A DNA stretch of 46,335 nucleotides from Oscillospiraceae bacterium (GCA_029013165.1 JAQXMV010000059.1:1-46335), one strand, 5' to 3'; positions 1 through 8,696 are shown, counted from the stretch's first letter. Notes: a model not told the origin generated them from the letters alone. Made by a program: numbers and translations.

Positions 1-1
1 A

Positions 2-289
2 GGTTCAGATGTAGGTTCGGTATATTTTTCCGTCAAAGATGAAGACGACAGAGATTTGGAATACCGATATCTTTTATACTATTCAAGCAACAAAATCGAA
101 GCGCGAAAGTGTGTATATACCATTCGGGAAAACGATAATATTTATGAAAAAACAAAGAAACTACAGCCTTATGTAGCCTTTGGTTTCTTAATTCCTTGCG
201 GAACGAACATGGATCCGGATATTAAGGTGATCAAAGCCTCCTTTTATGACAAAGAGGGCAATCTGGTCTATGAGGATATCCGTGAATAA
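2..289 (+). CDS. 5'-truncated (window edge) paralog of the 432..1067 protein; uncharacterised exported or membrane-anchored protein
   Basis: Frame 2 is open from nt 2. The translation GSDVGSVYFSVKDEDDRDLEYRYLLYYSSNK...IKVIKASFYDKEGNLVYEDIRE aligns collinearly with the C-terminal half of the next ORF. The TTG at 56 used by the ORF track is probably internal. Confidence 0.6.
   Translation, partial: GSDVGSVYFSVKDEDDRDLEYRYLLYYSSNKIEARKCVYTIRENDNIYEKTKKLQPYVAFGFLIPCGTNMDPDIKVIKASFYDKEGNLVYEDIRE
230..289 (+). repeat. 60-nt 3'-terminal coding repeat, copy 1 (matches 1008..1067 at 56/60 positions)
   Basis: Direct comparison by eye: atcaaagcCtccttttatgacaaagaGggcaatctggtctatgaggatatccgTgAataa. Confidence 0.85.
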
Positions 290-431
290 GGGAAGCCTGT
301 TGATTGTTTATCGAAAAAATATAGCAGGAAACAAAATGTAGGCTTTATTTAAAGAATTTCAAAGACATATGAACATTCTATATATGAGTACTGTACGCAT
401 TCGCTTCTTTCAATTTCTGAGGTGATTTACT

Positions 432-1067
432 ATGAAAAAGAAAGCAGATAAATTATCTGTTCCACTAAAAATAATCTTAGTGCTGGCGATCATGGCGCTT
501 GCCGGCGTTGGGATATATTGTGTATCTTTTGCTGCCGCAACCGTTGACAGTAATGTTTATCCATACGCCTATAAACATTCACAAGTTCAGTCTGAGGAGT
601 TTGTAAATTGCCGTTTTGACGGTTTTGATGATTTATCCGCATGGAGTTTTTCGGTTTCAAGAGACAAGAACAAAGATAATGAGGTTTTCATTTTTAAACC
701 CGCAACATTCCGTCTTCGGCTGCCTTTCGGTTATTTAAGCAATAGAAACAAGTTTTTCATGACCGCTTCATCAAAGGCTGATGTGGGATCTCTGCTTTTT
801 TCGGTTGTAGATGAGAATTGCCGATCTGATGCGCCGCAAACATTTCTTTTGTATTATTCCAATAATAAGATGATGGCCTATACTTGCACCTATCAGTTCA
901 TAAAGAGTGACGAAACCTGCGAGAAAACGCTGGACTGCTCACCGTATTACCCTTTCAGTTTGCTGATACCCTGTGGAGAAAAAGGATCGCAAGAGGAAAT
1001 CAAGATCATCAAAGCTTCCTTTTATGACAAAGATGGCAATCTGGTCTATGAGGATATCCGCGGATAA
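432..1067 (+). CDS. Uncharacterised protein with an N-terminal signal-anchor/TM helix (211 aa); paralog of the upstream partial ORF
   Basis: GAGGTGA RBS lies at about 420-426, before the ATG at 432. The N-terminus MKKKADKLSVPLKIILVLAIMALAGVGIYCV is hydrophobic. I recognise no domain motif. Confidence 0.7.
   Translation: MKKKADKLSVPLKIILVLAIMALAGVGIYCVSFAAATVDSNVYPYAYKHSQVQSEEFVNCRFDGFDDLSAWSFSVSRDKNKDNEVFIFKPATFRLRLPFGYLSNRNKFFMTASSKADVGSLLFSVVDENCRSDAPQTFLLYYSNNKMMAYTCTYQFIKSDETCEKTLDCSPYYPFSLLIPCGEKGSQEEIKIIKASFYDKDGNLVYEDIRG
1008..1067 (+). repeat. 60-nt 3'-terminal coding repeat, copy 2
   Basis: atcaaagcTtccttttatgacaaagaTggcaatctggtctatgaggatatccgCgGataa; 4 mismatches to 230..289, while the rest of the two genes is much more diverged. 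Confidence 0.85.
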
Positions 1068-1073
1068 ATATAG

Positions 1074-1113
1074 TCCGGGCGCTGACGAAGCGGCGCCCGG
1101 AACGCATTATTTT
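1074..1113 (+). terminator. Probable intrinsic terminator after the 432..1067 gene
   Basis: 9-bp GC-rich stem TCCGGGCGC (1074-1082) / GCGCCCGGA (1093-1101). The T-tract (attatttt) is slightly displaced. Confidence 0.5.
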
Positions 1114-1145
1114 CACCGCCGCCGGAAGATTTCCCGCCTGAACCC

Positions 1146-1174
1146 TTGACATATTTTTTGTTGTGGGTTATAAT
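1146..1174 (+). promoter_or_regulatory. Sigma-70/SigA consensus promoter of the pheST leader
   Basis: TTGACA (1146-1151), exactly 17-nt spacer, TATAAT (1169-1174). Confidence 0.65.
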
Positions 1175-1180
1175 TTGAAT

Positions 1181-1427
1181 AATATGACGAAAAGGCTATG
1201 ACTGAGTTTTAGTAGGAATCGGATTGTGCTTTTCAGAGAGAGCTTCATGGGCTGAAAGAAGTTCATTGCACCCGGTGACGAATTTCGCCTCACGAGCTGC
1301 CTGTGAAAAGCAGGATGTATTTGCTGCATTAAAGCAACCGAGCGGCAGGGGACAGTCCTCTGCAATTTGAGTGGTACCACGGAATTTATTTTCGCCTCAA
1401 CTTTTCAGTTGGGCGTTTTTATTTTTA
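1181..1427 (+). promoter_or_regulatory. T-box leader (tRNA-Phe responsive) with terminator/antiterminator
   Basis: AGAGAG box at 1235-1240. Candidate UUC (Phe) specifier at 1284-1286, followed by a purine. T-box core AATTTGAGTGGTACCACGG at 1364-1382. Terminator stem 1393-1402/1407-1415 followed by a T-run. The leader lies directly upstream of pheS. Confidence 0.85.
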
Positions 1428-1441
1428 TACGGAGGTTTATT

Positions 1442-2494
1442 ATGGACAAAAAAATTGCCGAAATGAAAGAACAGTTCCTTTCTGCCCTGGCGCAGTCCCG
1501 CGACACGCAGAATCTCGAGGAACTGAGAGTGGCTTACCTTGGAAAAAAAGGTTTTGTTACCGAGCTTCTCAAGGGAATGAAGGATCTCTCCAATGAAGAG
1601 AAAAAAGCCTTCGGCCAGAAGGTCAACGACATCAAGAGCGAGGTCACCAAGAGAATCGCAGAGAGAACAGAAGAACTCAAAAGACTGGAGCTGGAAAGGG
1701 AGATCAACGCCACCCCGGAGTTTGATATCTCCATGCCGCCGACCCTCGGCGAGGGCTCCTATCATCCTATCACCCTGGTGCAGCGCCAGTGCGAGAGAAT
1801 CTTCAAGTCTATGGGCTTCACCGTCGAGGATTATTCCGAGGTGGTCACCGATTATGAGTGCTTTGAATCTCTGAATATACCCAAGCATCACCCGGCAAGA
1901 GATATGCAGGATACCTATTATCTCGAAAACGGTCAGCTTCTCAAGAGCCAGACCTCCGCCGCACAGAATGCGATCTATAAAAAATATAAGGACGCGCTGA
2001 TCCATGACGGCGTACCCATCAAGGCTATTTTCCCCGGCCGTTGTTTCCGTAACGAGGCGACGGACGCCTGCCATGAAAACACCTTCTTCCAGATGGAGGG
2101 CGTCATGGTCGACAAGAATATCTCCATCTCCAACCTGATCTATTTCATGAAAACCATGCTTTCCGAGGTCTTCCAGAAGGACATCAAGGTTCGTCTGCGC
2201 CCGGGCTTTTTCCCCTTCGTTGAGCCGGGCTTTGAGCTGGATATCAGCTGCCTGATCTGCGGCGGAACCGGTTGTCCCTCCTGCAAACACAGCGGTTGGC
2301 TTGAGCTGTGCCCCTGCGGCATGATTCACCCCGAGGTGCTCAAGGCCGGCGGAATTGATCCCGATGAATATACGGGCTTTGCTTTCGGTCTGGGACTGAC
2401 AAGACTGGTTATGATGAAATACGGAATTAAGGATATCCGTGACCTGAACGGCGGCAGCCTGAAAGCCCTGTCTCAGTTCACCGATGACGAATAA
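1442..2494 (+). CDS. pheS: Phenylalanine--tRNA ligase alpha subunit
   Basis: GGAGG RBS at 1432-1436 before the ATG at 1442 (MDKKIAEMKEQF...). Class II aaRS motifs are present (FPGRCFRNE, GFAFGLGLTRL). The track ORF start at 1367 lies inside the T-box and is rejected. Confidence 0.95.
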   Translation: MDKKIAEMKEQFLSALAQSRDTQNLEELRVAYLGKKGFVTELLKGMKDLSNEEKKAFGQKVNDIKSEVTKRIAERTEELKRLELEREINATPEFDISMPPTLGEGSYHPITLVQRQCERIFKSMGFTVEDYSEVVTDYECFESLNIPKHHPARDMQDTYYLENGQLLKSQTSAAQNAIYKKYKDALIHDGVPIKAIFPGRCFRNEATDACHENTFFQMEGVMVDKNISISNLIYFMKTMLSEVFQKDIKVRLRPGFFPFVEPGFELDISCLICGGTGCPSCKHSGWLELCPCGMIHPEVLKAGGIDPDEYTGFAFGLGLTRLVMMKYGIKDIRDLNGGSLKALSQFTDDE

Positions 2495-2512
2495 GACGGG
2501 AGGATTTGCACT

Positions 2513-4873
2513 ATGTTTTTATCAATGAATTGGATATCGGATTTTGTCGACCTCAGCGGTGTCGACAGAGAAAAGCTCATTCACCGTTTTTCTCTTTCCA
2601 CAGCAGAGGTTGAGAACGAAATATTCTTCAAGGGCAGCGATCTTTCCGGCGTTGTCATCGCTGAAATCAAAGAAGTGGCCGAGCACCCCGAGTCAAAGAA
2701 GCTGCATCTGCTCAAAGTAGACGCCGGTGACGGCAAGCTGACCGATGTTGTCTGCGGCGCACCCAATGTCCGCGTGGGCATGAAAACGGCCTTTGCCAAG
2801 GTAGGCGCCAAAATCGGCGAGATCGAGATCGCACCGAGACCTCTGGCCGGCTATACCTCCTACGGTATGTGCTGCAGTGAAAAGGAAATCGGCATCAGCG
2901 ACGATAATTCCGGTATCATGGATATCACCGATGATTTCCCCAACGGCACAGACATCAAAGACGCTTATGAGATCGACGATATCGTTTTTGAGGTAGATAA
3001 TAAATCCCTGACGAACCGCCCCGACCTGTGGGGACATTACGGCATCGCCAGAGAGTTTGCGGCCCTCGTGGGCAGACCGCTGAAAACACCTGCCATGGCT
3101 GACCTTTCTCAGTATGATTCTCTGCCGAAAATCGACATGAAAATCGAGGATCCCCTCTGTCAGAGATATTCCTGTCTGCAGGTGGAAAACATCACCAAAA
3201 ATGTCAGCCCCGTCAATATGAGAATCCGACTTTTCTATTGCGGCATGAGAAGCATTAATCTTCTGGCCGACCTGACCAACTATCTGATGCTGGAAATGGG
3301 CCAGCCCATGCACGCTTTTGACTCCAGAAAAGTCGAAAAGCTGCGCATCAAGCGTTTTCCGGAGAGCTTCACTTTCCGCACCCTCGACGGTGTGGACAGA
3401 AAAATCGACGAGAACACACTGATGATCTGCAACGGTGATATTCCCGTTGCCATCGCCGGTATCATGGGCGGTCTTGACAGCGAGATCGTTGATGACACCA
3501 CCAGGCTGACACTGGAATCCGCCACCTTTGATCCGGTTTCTATCCGCAAATCAACGGTTCGTCTTTCCCACAGAACCGACGCTTCCATGCGTTATGAAAA
3601 AAGCCTGGATCCGGCCATGACCGTTCCGGCCATCGCCCGTTTTGTCAAGCTCCTGCAGGATATTGACAGCTCCGTTACCGTTGTGTCTTCCCTGACCGAT
3701 GAAATCGCCTTTGAATATGACAAGGTTAGACTCACCTTTGACAAGAAGTTTGTGGACCGCTATACGGGCATTGAGATTGCCAATGACACCATCGTCAAGA
3801 CCCTCGAGTCTCTCGGCTTCGGTGTTGTGCTGGAGAATGACAGCTTCACTGTTGATGTTCCCTCATGGCGCGCGACAAAAGATGTCACCATCAAGGCTGA
3901 TATTATAGAGGAAATCACCCGAATTTACGGTTACGATAATTTTGACATTCACACCACAGCCACACCGCTTTATCCGCTTCGTCCCGACACGGAAAAGACC
4001 GTGGAGGATAAGATCAAGGATATTCTGGTCAAGCGTTTCTCTCTCCATGAGCTGCACTCTTATGTCTGGATGTACTATGACGAGTGCAGAAGCCTCGGCA
4101 TTGATATCGAGGATAATATCAAACTGATCAACGCCACCAACCCGAATATTGAGGTGATCCGCAAGTCGATCGTGCCCACTCAGCTCTGTCAGGCGAAGCT
4201 CAATAGCGGTTACGCTCCGGATTTCGGCATTTTTGAGGTCGGCAGAATCGTTGACGGCTTGAAAGACGACGGCCTGTGCAACGAACAGAAGAAGCTGGCG
4301 ATCACCCTTTTCAGCAAGACCAAATCCCTCGAAACCCTGTATTTTGAGCTCAGGGATATCCTTGCCACCCTCAGCGCCGATATCAAGCATATCGGTCTGA
4401 CCTATGAGACGGCGGCGGCCGAGCATGACTATGAGCACCCGAAGAATCTGAACACCGTCATTTGCGGCGGCAAAAACATCGGTAAAATCGGTGTTGTTCA
4501 CCCGACGGTTGCCAAGAAGATCGACAAAAAAGCCAACATCGTTTTTGCGGAGATTGATGTCAGAGACTTTGCTGAGATCGAAGCGAAAGCCATCGAGTAT
4601 GAGGTACCGCAGAAGTTCCCGGGCATCGAGATTGACCTCTCCTTTGTCAGCGATAAATTTGCACCCATCGGCAAGGCGATTGCCGACGCAAACTGTCCCC
4701 TTGTCAAGAAGGTGGAGGTTGTCGATACCTATGAGGACGCAGCCGGCAGATCCATCACCTCGAGAATCACCTTTGCCCATCCGGAAAAGACCCTCACAAG
4801 AGAAGAGGTTCTGTCCGTGGTCGGCAGAATCATTGATGATCTCGAGAGCAAGGGTATCAGCCTGAAGAAGTGA
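2513..4873 (+). CDS. pheT: Phenylalanine--tRNA ligase beta subunit
   Basis: 786 aa, N-terminus MFLSMNWISDFV. It has a tRNA-binding domain plus B3/4, B5 and FDX-ACB-like regions, and immediately follows pheS. Confidence 0.95.
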   Translation: MFLSMNWISDFVDLSGVDREKLIHRFSLSTAEVENEIFFKGSDLSGVVIAEIKEVAEHPESKKLHLLKVDAGDGKLTDVVCGAPNVRVGMKTAFAKVGAKIGEIEIAPRPLAGYTSYGMCCSEKEIGISDDNSGIMDITDDFPNGTDIKDAYEIDDIVFEVDNKSLTNRPDLWGHYGIAREFAALVGRPLKTPAMADLSQYDSLPKIDMKIEDPLCQRYSCLQVENITKNVSPVNMRIRLFYCGMRSINLLADLTNYLMLEMGQPMHAFDSRKVEKLRIKRFPESFTFRTLDGVDRKIDENTLMICNGDIPVAIAGIMGGLDSEIVDDTTRLTLESATFDPVSIRKSTVRLSHRTDASMRYEKSLDPAMTVPAIARFVKLLQDIDSSVTVVSSLTDEIAFEYDKVRLTFDKKFVDRYTGIEIANDTIVKTLESLGFGVVLENDSFTVDVPSWRATKDVTIKADIIEEITRIYGYDNFDIHTTATPLYPLRPDTEKTVEDKIKDILVKRFSLHELHSYVWMYYDECRSLGIDIEDNIKLINATNPNIEVIRKSIVPTQLCQAKLNSGYAPDFGIFEVGRIVDGLKDDGLCNEQKKLAITLFSKTKSLETLYFELRDILATLSADIKHIGLTYETAAAEHDYEHPKNLNTVICGGKNIGKIGVVHPTVAKKIDKKANIVFAEIDVRDFAEIEAKAIEYEVPQKFPGIEIDLSFVSDKFAPIGKAIADANCPLVKKVEVVDTYEDAAGRSITSRITFAHPEKTLTREEVLSVVGRIIDDLESKGISLKK

Positions 4874-4890
4874 TTTTTAGCATTATATTT

Positions 4891-4920
4891 GCCGCGGGCT
4901 TTTGTACCGCGGCATTTTTC
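4891..4920 (+). terminator. Intrinsic terminator of pheST
   Basis: GCCGCGG (4891-4897) / CCGCGGC (4907-4913) followed by ATTTTT. Confidence 0.7.
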
Positions 4921-5080
4921 TGTCAAGCGAACTTTTTTTACTAAGCATTTTATCTTTTTTTATGAAAAACGATGTAATTTTGATTCCTTACATTTTTCTG
5001 AAGATATGCAGAAGGCTATTGAAATTTTCCCAGCTATGCTTTAACATAAGATCATCTTTTCAGGAAAGGTTGTTTTCAAA

Positions 5081-5500
5081 ATGAAAAAGTTTTTACCCTT
5101 GATTTTGGTGCTTGTCGCTCTCTTGATGTTTAGTGCTTGTTCCGATCATGAAAAAGCGGAGGTTGTTATTGGTAAGAGTGATCTGTTCACGGAAGAAGAA
5201 ATTCAAGCGGCTGTTGATTTGGTCTTAAAAGACGGCTTTTCAAAAGATGCGGGAGCAACGATTACCAAAATCTGGTATGAAGAAGTGAGCAGTCGCCGGG
5301 CAGTTGAGATTTATATGGAAAACGGTATGGGGAGCGTAAACGGTGTTTTAGAAGAAAATGTGATGATTCTGTTTTCTGATTTTAAAACGGGATCCAAAAC
5401 CCAGTCTCTCAATCCCAATGATAAATATACGGGCTGGAGCTGGATTTTGATCCGCGACAGTCAAGACGGCTCTTGGAAAATTGATGACTGTGGCTATTAA
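5081..5500 (+). CDS. Small lipoprotein of unknown function (139 aa)
   Basis: Signal peptide with lipobox LMFSAC (Cys20). AGGAAAGG RBS upstream. No catalytic motif recognised. Confidence 0.7.
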   Translation: MKKFLPLILVLVALLMFSACSDHEKAEVVIGKSDLFTEEEIQAAVDLVLKDGFSKDAGATITKIWYEEVSSRRAVEIYMENGMGSVNGVLEENVMILFSDFKTGSKTQSLNPNDKYTGWSWILIRDSQDGSWKIDDCGY

Positions 5501-5563
5501 TATTCCTATGTCAAATACTATACAGACTGATCCTTTTCCGTACTTCAAACCGATAAACAGCAA

Positions 5564-5610
5564 GAGACTGTTGCTATGGGAAATGCCAGTGGCGACAGTC
5601 TCATACTTTT
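5564..5610 (+). terminator. Probable terminator of the lipoprotein gene
   Basis: 11-bp stem GAGACTGTTGC / GCGACAGTCTC (one G-U pair) with a 17-nt loop, followed by ATACTTTT. Confidence 0.5.
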
Positions 5611-5633
5611 AATGTCGCATAGGCGACATAAAA

Positions 5634-5678
5634 ACACCGCGGCACAGAGTGAAAACACTCTGTGCCGCGGCGTTTTTA
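5634..5678. terminator. Bidirectional intrinsic terminator between convergent genes
   Basis: Perfect 17-bp stem caccgcggcacagagtg / cactctgtgccgcggcg with loop AAAA, flanked by an A-run on one side and a T-run on the other. Confidence 0.8.
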
Positions 5679-5695
5679 TGAGAGATTGATAATGG

Positions 5696-6109
5696 TTATA
5701 TCTCTTTTTTTTCGGCAAGATCTGCGATGGTGATACCGTCGAAATACTCAAAAATGAGCTTATCAAGATCTTTCCACATGGGCAGGGTTCTGCACTCGTC
5801 ACATCTCGGGCAGGGCTTTGCACCTTTTTCCAGGCAGTTCACCGGGGCTAAATCACCCTCCGTCAGGCTCAGAATCTCACTGACCTTGTATTCTTCGGGC
5901 TTTCTGCAGAGGCGATAGCCGCCGCCTTTTCCGTGGACGCCCTCAATAAGACCGTTTTTGGTCAGTACGGGCAAAATGCGCTCTAAATACTTCAGCGATA
6001 TGTTTTGCCGATCGGCGATGGTTTTCATGGGAATGTATTCTCCGCCGCTGTTTTCGGCGATGTCAATCATCACGCGCAGGGCGTATCTTCCTCTTGTTGA
6101 AACTATCAT
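5696..6109 (-). CDS. Rrf2-family transcriptional regulator (IscR/CymR-like) with a C-terminal Cys cluster
   Basis: The N-terminus MIVSTRGRYALRVMIDIAE...ISLKYLERILPVLTKNGLIEGVHGKGGGYRL is the classic Rrf2 winged helix. Cys92, Cys100, Cys103 and Cys106 follow it. Confidence 0.9.
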   Translation of the reverse strand: MIVSTRGRYALRVMIDIAENSGGEYIPMKTIADRQNISLKYLERILPVLTKNGLIEGVHGKGGGYRLCRKPEEYKVSEILSLTEGDLAPVNCLEKGAKPCPRCDECRTLPMWKDLDKLIFEYFDGITIADLAEKKEI

Positions 6110-6148
6110 AGCTTAACCTGCCTTGATCTTGTTTGTGTTTTTCTCCTC

Positions 6149-7093
6149 TCAGTCAGCAAAAAGGGGAGTGGAGAGATATCTGTCGCCGGTGTCCGGCAGC
6201 AGAACAACAATATTTTTGCCGGCGTTTTCCGGTCGCTTGGCCAATTCGATGGCCGCGAAGAGAGCTGCACCGGAGGAAATACCCACCAGCACACCCTCGC
6301 TCTTGCCCAGGAGCTTGCCTGTTGCGAAAGCGTCCTCATTGGATACGGGGAGGATTTCATCGTAAACGGAGGTATTCAGCACTTCCGGTATAAAGCCTGC
6401 ACCAATGCCCTGAATCTTATGGGGGCCGGCGACACCGGTGGAAAGCACGGCCGATGTGGCCGGCTCCACGGCGACGATTTTCACGGAGGGTTTCTTGGAT
6501 TTTAGATATTCACCGACGCCCGTAATGGTACCGCCTGTGCCGACGCCTGCCACAAAGATATCCACACTGCCGTCGGTATCCTCAAATATTTCTGGGCCGG
6601 TGGTCTCTCTGTGGGCTTTCGGATTGGCGGGGTTGACAAACTGTCCCGGGATAAAGCTGTCGGGGATTTCGGCAGCAAGCTCATCGGCCTTGGCAATGGC
6701 GCCTTTCATGCCTTTGGCACCCTCGGAGAGTACCAGCTCGGCGCCGTAGGCTTTCATGAGCTGTCGGCGCTCAACGGACATGGTGTCGGGCATGACGATA
6801 ATGATGCGGTAGCCGCGTGCCGCCGCCACAGCGGCCAGGCCGATACCGGTGTTGCCGGAGGTCGGCTCGATGATAACCGAACCCGGTTTGAGCTTGCCGG
6901 AAGCCTCAGCGTCATCAATCATGGCCTTGGCAACGCGGTCCTTGACAGAACCTGCCGGGTTGAAATATTCCAGCTTCGCCAGAAGTTTTGCTTGTAATCC
7001 CAGATCTTTTTCAAGGTTACTCAGCTCTAAAAGGGGAGTCTTGCCGATGAGTTCATCGGCGGAATGATAGATCTTTGACATAATGTTTACCAT
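6149..7093 (-). CDS. cysK: Cysteine synthase A (O-acetylserine sulfhydrylase)
   Basis: PLP-dependent beta-family motifs are present: [29 protein letters not shown]. The alternative start at 7081 (MSKIYHS...) is equally plausible. Confidence 0.9.
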   Translation of the reverse strand: MVNIMSKIYHSADELIGKTPLLELSNLEKDLGLQAKLLAKLEYFNPAGSVKDRVAKAMIDDAEASGKLKPGSVIIEPTSGNTGIGLAAVAAARGYRIIIVMPDTMSVERRQLMKAYGAELVLSEGAKGMKGAIAKADELAAEIPDSFIPGQFVNPANPKAHRETTGPEIFEDTDGSVDIFVAGVGTGGTITGVGEYLKSKKPSVKIVAVEPATSAVLSTGVAGPHKIQGIGAGFIPEVLNTSVYDEILPVSNEDAFATGKLLGKSEGVLVGISSGAALFAAIELAKRPENAGKNIVVLLPDTGDRYLSTPLFAD

Positions 7094-7165
7094 AGCCTTT
7101 CCGGTTACAAATATACGCTTCCTGCGCTCTCACTGTAGCCGGATGAGAGCACAGATTTGCTGTTT

Positions 7166-8455
7166 TTATCCGTTCTTCACGGCGGCAAAGCCTCTTTCAA
7201 GGTCGGCAATGATATCGTCGATGTGCTCAGTGCCGATGGAAAGACGGATCGTGTTGGCCTTGATGCCCTGATCCTCGAGCTCTTCTGCGGAGAGCTGGCT
7301 GTGGGTCGTGGTCGCCGGGTGGATCACCAGGCTTTTGACATCGGCAACATTGGCAAGCAGAGAGAAGATCTTCAGGTTATCAATGAAAGCGTGTGCCTGC
7401 TCGACGCCGCCTTTGATTTCAAAGGTAAAGATGGATCCGCCGCCCTGGGGGAAGTATTTCTGATACAGTTTATGATCGGGATGATCGGGCAGTGACGGAT
7501 GATTGACTTTTTCCACCAGAGGATGATGGGAAAGATAGTCGATGACCTTTTTGGTGTTGTCTGCATGGCGCTCCAGACGAAGAGAGAGCGTCTCCACACC
7601 CTGCAGCAGCAGAAATGCCGCAAAGGGAGAGATGGTGGCACCGGTGTCACGCAGAAGAATGGCGCGGATATAGGTGACGAAAGCGGCGGGGCCCACGGCC
7701 TTGACAAAGGAAACACCGTGATAACTGGGGTTGGGATCGGCGATAGCCGGATATTTGCCCGAGGCCGCCCAGTCAAAGTTGCCGGAATCGACGATGATTC
7801 CGCCGAGGGTCGTTCCGTGGCCGCCGAGGAATTTTGTGGCGGAATGGACGACAATGTCTGCGCCGTGCTCAATGGGTCTGATCAGGTAGGGCGTACCGAA
7901 AGTATTGTCAACGACGAGGGGGAGACCGTGCTTGTGAGCCAGGGCAGCCAGCGCGTCGATGTCGGGAATATCACTGTTGGGATTGCCGAGGGTTTCGATG
8001 TAAATGGCACGGGTGTTTTCCTGAATAGCGGCTTCGACCTCGGCGAGATCGTGGATATTGACGAAGCTGGCGGTGATGCCGAAATTGGGCAGTGTGTGCG
8101 CCAGAAGATTATAGCTGCCGCCGTAAATGGTTTTCTGTGCCACAAAATGACCGCCGTTCTGTCCGAGCGCTTCCAGAGTATAGGTGATGGCTGCGGCACC
8201 GGAGGCAAGCGCCAGGGCGGCTACGCCGCCTTCAAGAGCCGCCACGCGCTTTTCCAGGACATCTTGAGTGGAGTTGGTCAGACGGCCATAGATGTTGCCG
8301 GCGTCGGCCAGACCGAAACGGGCCGCGGCGTGTGCGGAATTATGAAAAACATACGATGTGGTGGCGTAAATGGGAACAGCACGGGCGTCTGTGGCGGGAT
8401 CGGGTTCTTCCTGACCTACATGGAGCTGCAGGGTTTCAAATTTATAATCTGACAT
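7166..8455 (-). CDS. metY: O-acetylhomoserine/O-acetylserine sulfhydrylase (Cys/Met-metabolism PLP enzyme)
   Basis: MSDYKFETLQLHVGQE...; the SATKFLGGHG motif contains the PLP-binding lysine. The start at 8455 was chosen because of an AGGAA RBS 9 nt upstream; the track start at 8482 is a TTG. Confidence 0.88.
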   Translation of the reverse strand: MSDYKFETLQLHVGQEEPDPATDARAVPIYATTSYVFHNSAHAAARFGLADAGNIYGRLTNSTQDVLEKRVAALEGGVAALALASGAAAITYTLEALGQNGGHFVAQKTIYGGSYNLLAHTLPNFGITASFVNIHDLAEVEAAIQENTRAIYIETLGNPNSDIPDIDALAALAHKHGLPLVVDNTFGTPYLIRPIEHGADIVVHSATKFLGGHGTTLGGIIVDSGNFDWAASGKYPAIADPNPSYHGVSFVKAVGPAAFVTYIRAILLRDTGATISPFAAFLLLQGVETLSLRLERHADNTKKVIDYLSHHPLVEKVNHPSLPDHPDHKLYQKYFPQGGGSIFTFEIKGGVEQAHAFIDNLKIFSLLANVADVKSLVIHPATTTHSQLSAEELEDQGIKANTIRLSIGTEHIDDIIADLERGFAAVKNG

Positions 8456-8667
8456 AATATTCATTTCCTTTCTTCTTTTCAAAATGCTTGATATACAGAA
8501 CTTTTTTCTGTGTGCTCTTTCAGTTTGTACATCGACACATTCGTCCGAAGCGGAAATTGGATCGCAGTAAATTCACGAATTGCTTTGTCATGTTAACTGA
8601 CCTGCCTTTGACATGGAAAATGGCTCCCGAGGGGAAGATTTATATACCTACCTTTTAGGTTGGTGTT

Positions 8668-8696
8668 ATTATAGCAAAGTTAACCTACCTTGTCAA
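8668..8696 (-). promoter_or_regulatory. Consensus promoter of the metY-cysK-rrf2 operon
   Basis: On the minus strand: TTGACA (8696-8691), 17-nt spacer, TATAAT (8673-8668). Confidence 0.6.

Noticed and set aside
1168-1380. 70-aa minus-strand ORF.
   Set aside because: It lies entirely within the pheS T-box leader, so the RNA element explains the sequence.
1367-1441. N-terminal extensions in the ORF track. Examples: pheS from 1367, M16 from 17383, ftsX from 19698, M23 from 20775, ctp-like from 23680, BaiN-like from 31025, HExxH protein from 35265, fucosidase from 37049, fucI from 41196, M28 from 43665.
   Set aside because: The extended starts run through T-box, promoter or terminator elements or the upstream gene, and lack an RBS. 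In each case a downstream ATG, GTG or TTG with a GGAGG-like RBS gives the canonical family N-terminus.
4902-5084. 60-aa ORF between pheT and the lipoprotein gene.
   Set aside because: It starts inside the pheT terminator, has no RBS, is an AT-rich intergenic read-through, and overlaps the lipoprotein RBS and start.
5592-5604. Recurrence of GTCTCATACTTTT after hairpins at 5598-5610 and 36990-37002, with a related CTCTCATACT at 23704-23713, considered as a possible repeated element.
   Set aside because: A 13-mer match is expected by chance tens of times in about 46 kb on two strands. The stems themselves are unrelated, so these are simply independent terminators.
8456-8660. Possible SAM (S-box) riboswitch or Met/Cys T-box upstream of the sulfhydrylase gene.
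   Set aside because: Neither the S-box core nor a T-box GGTGGTACC sequence or terminator/antiterminator pair is visible on the minus strand. It is kept only as an unexplained long leader in the findings.
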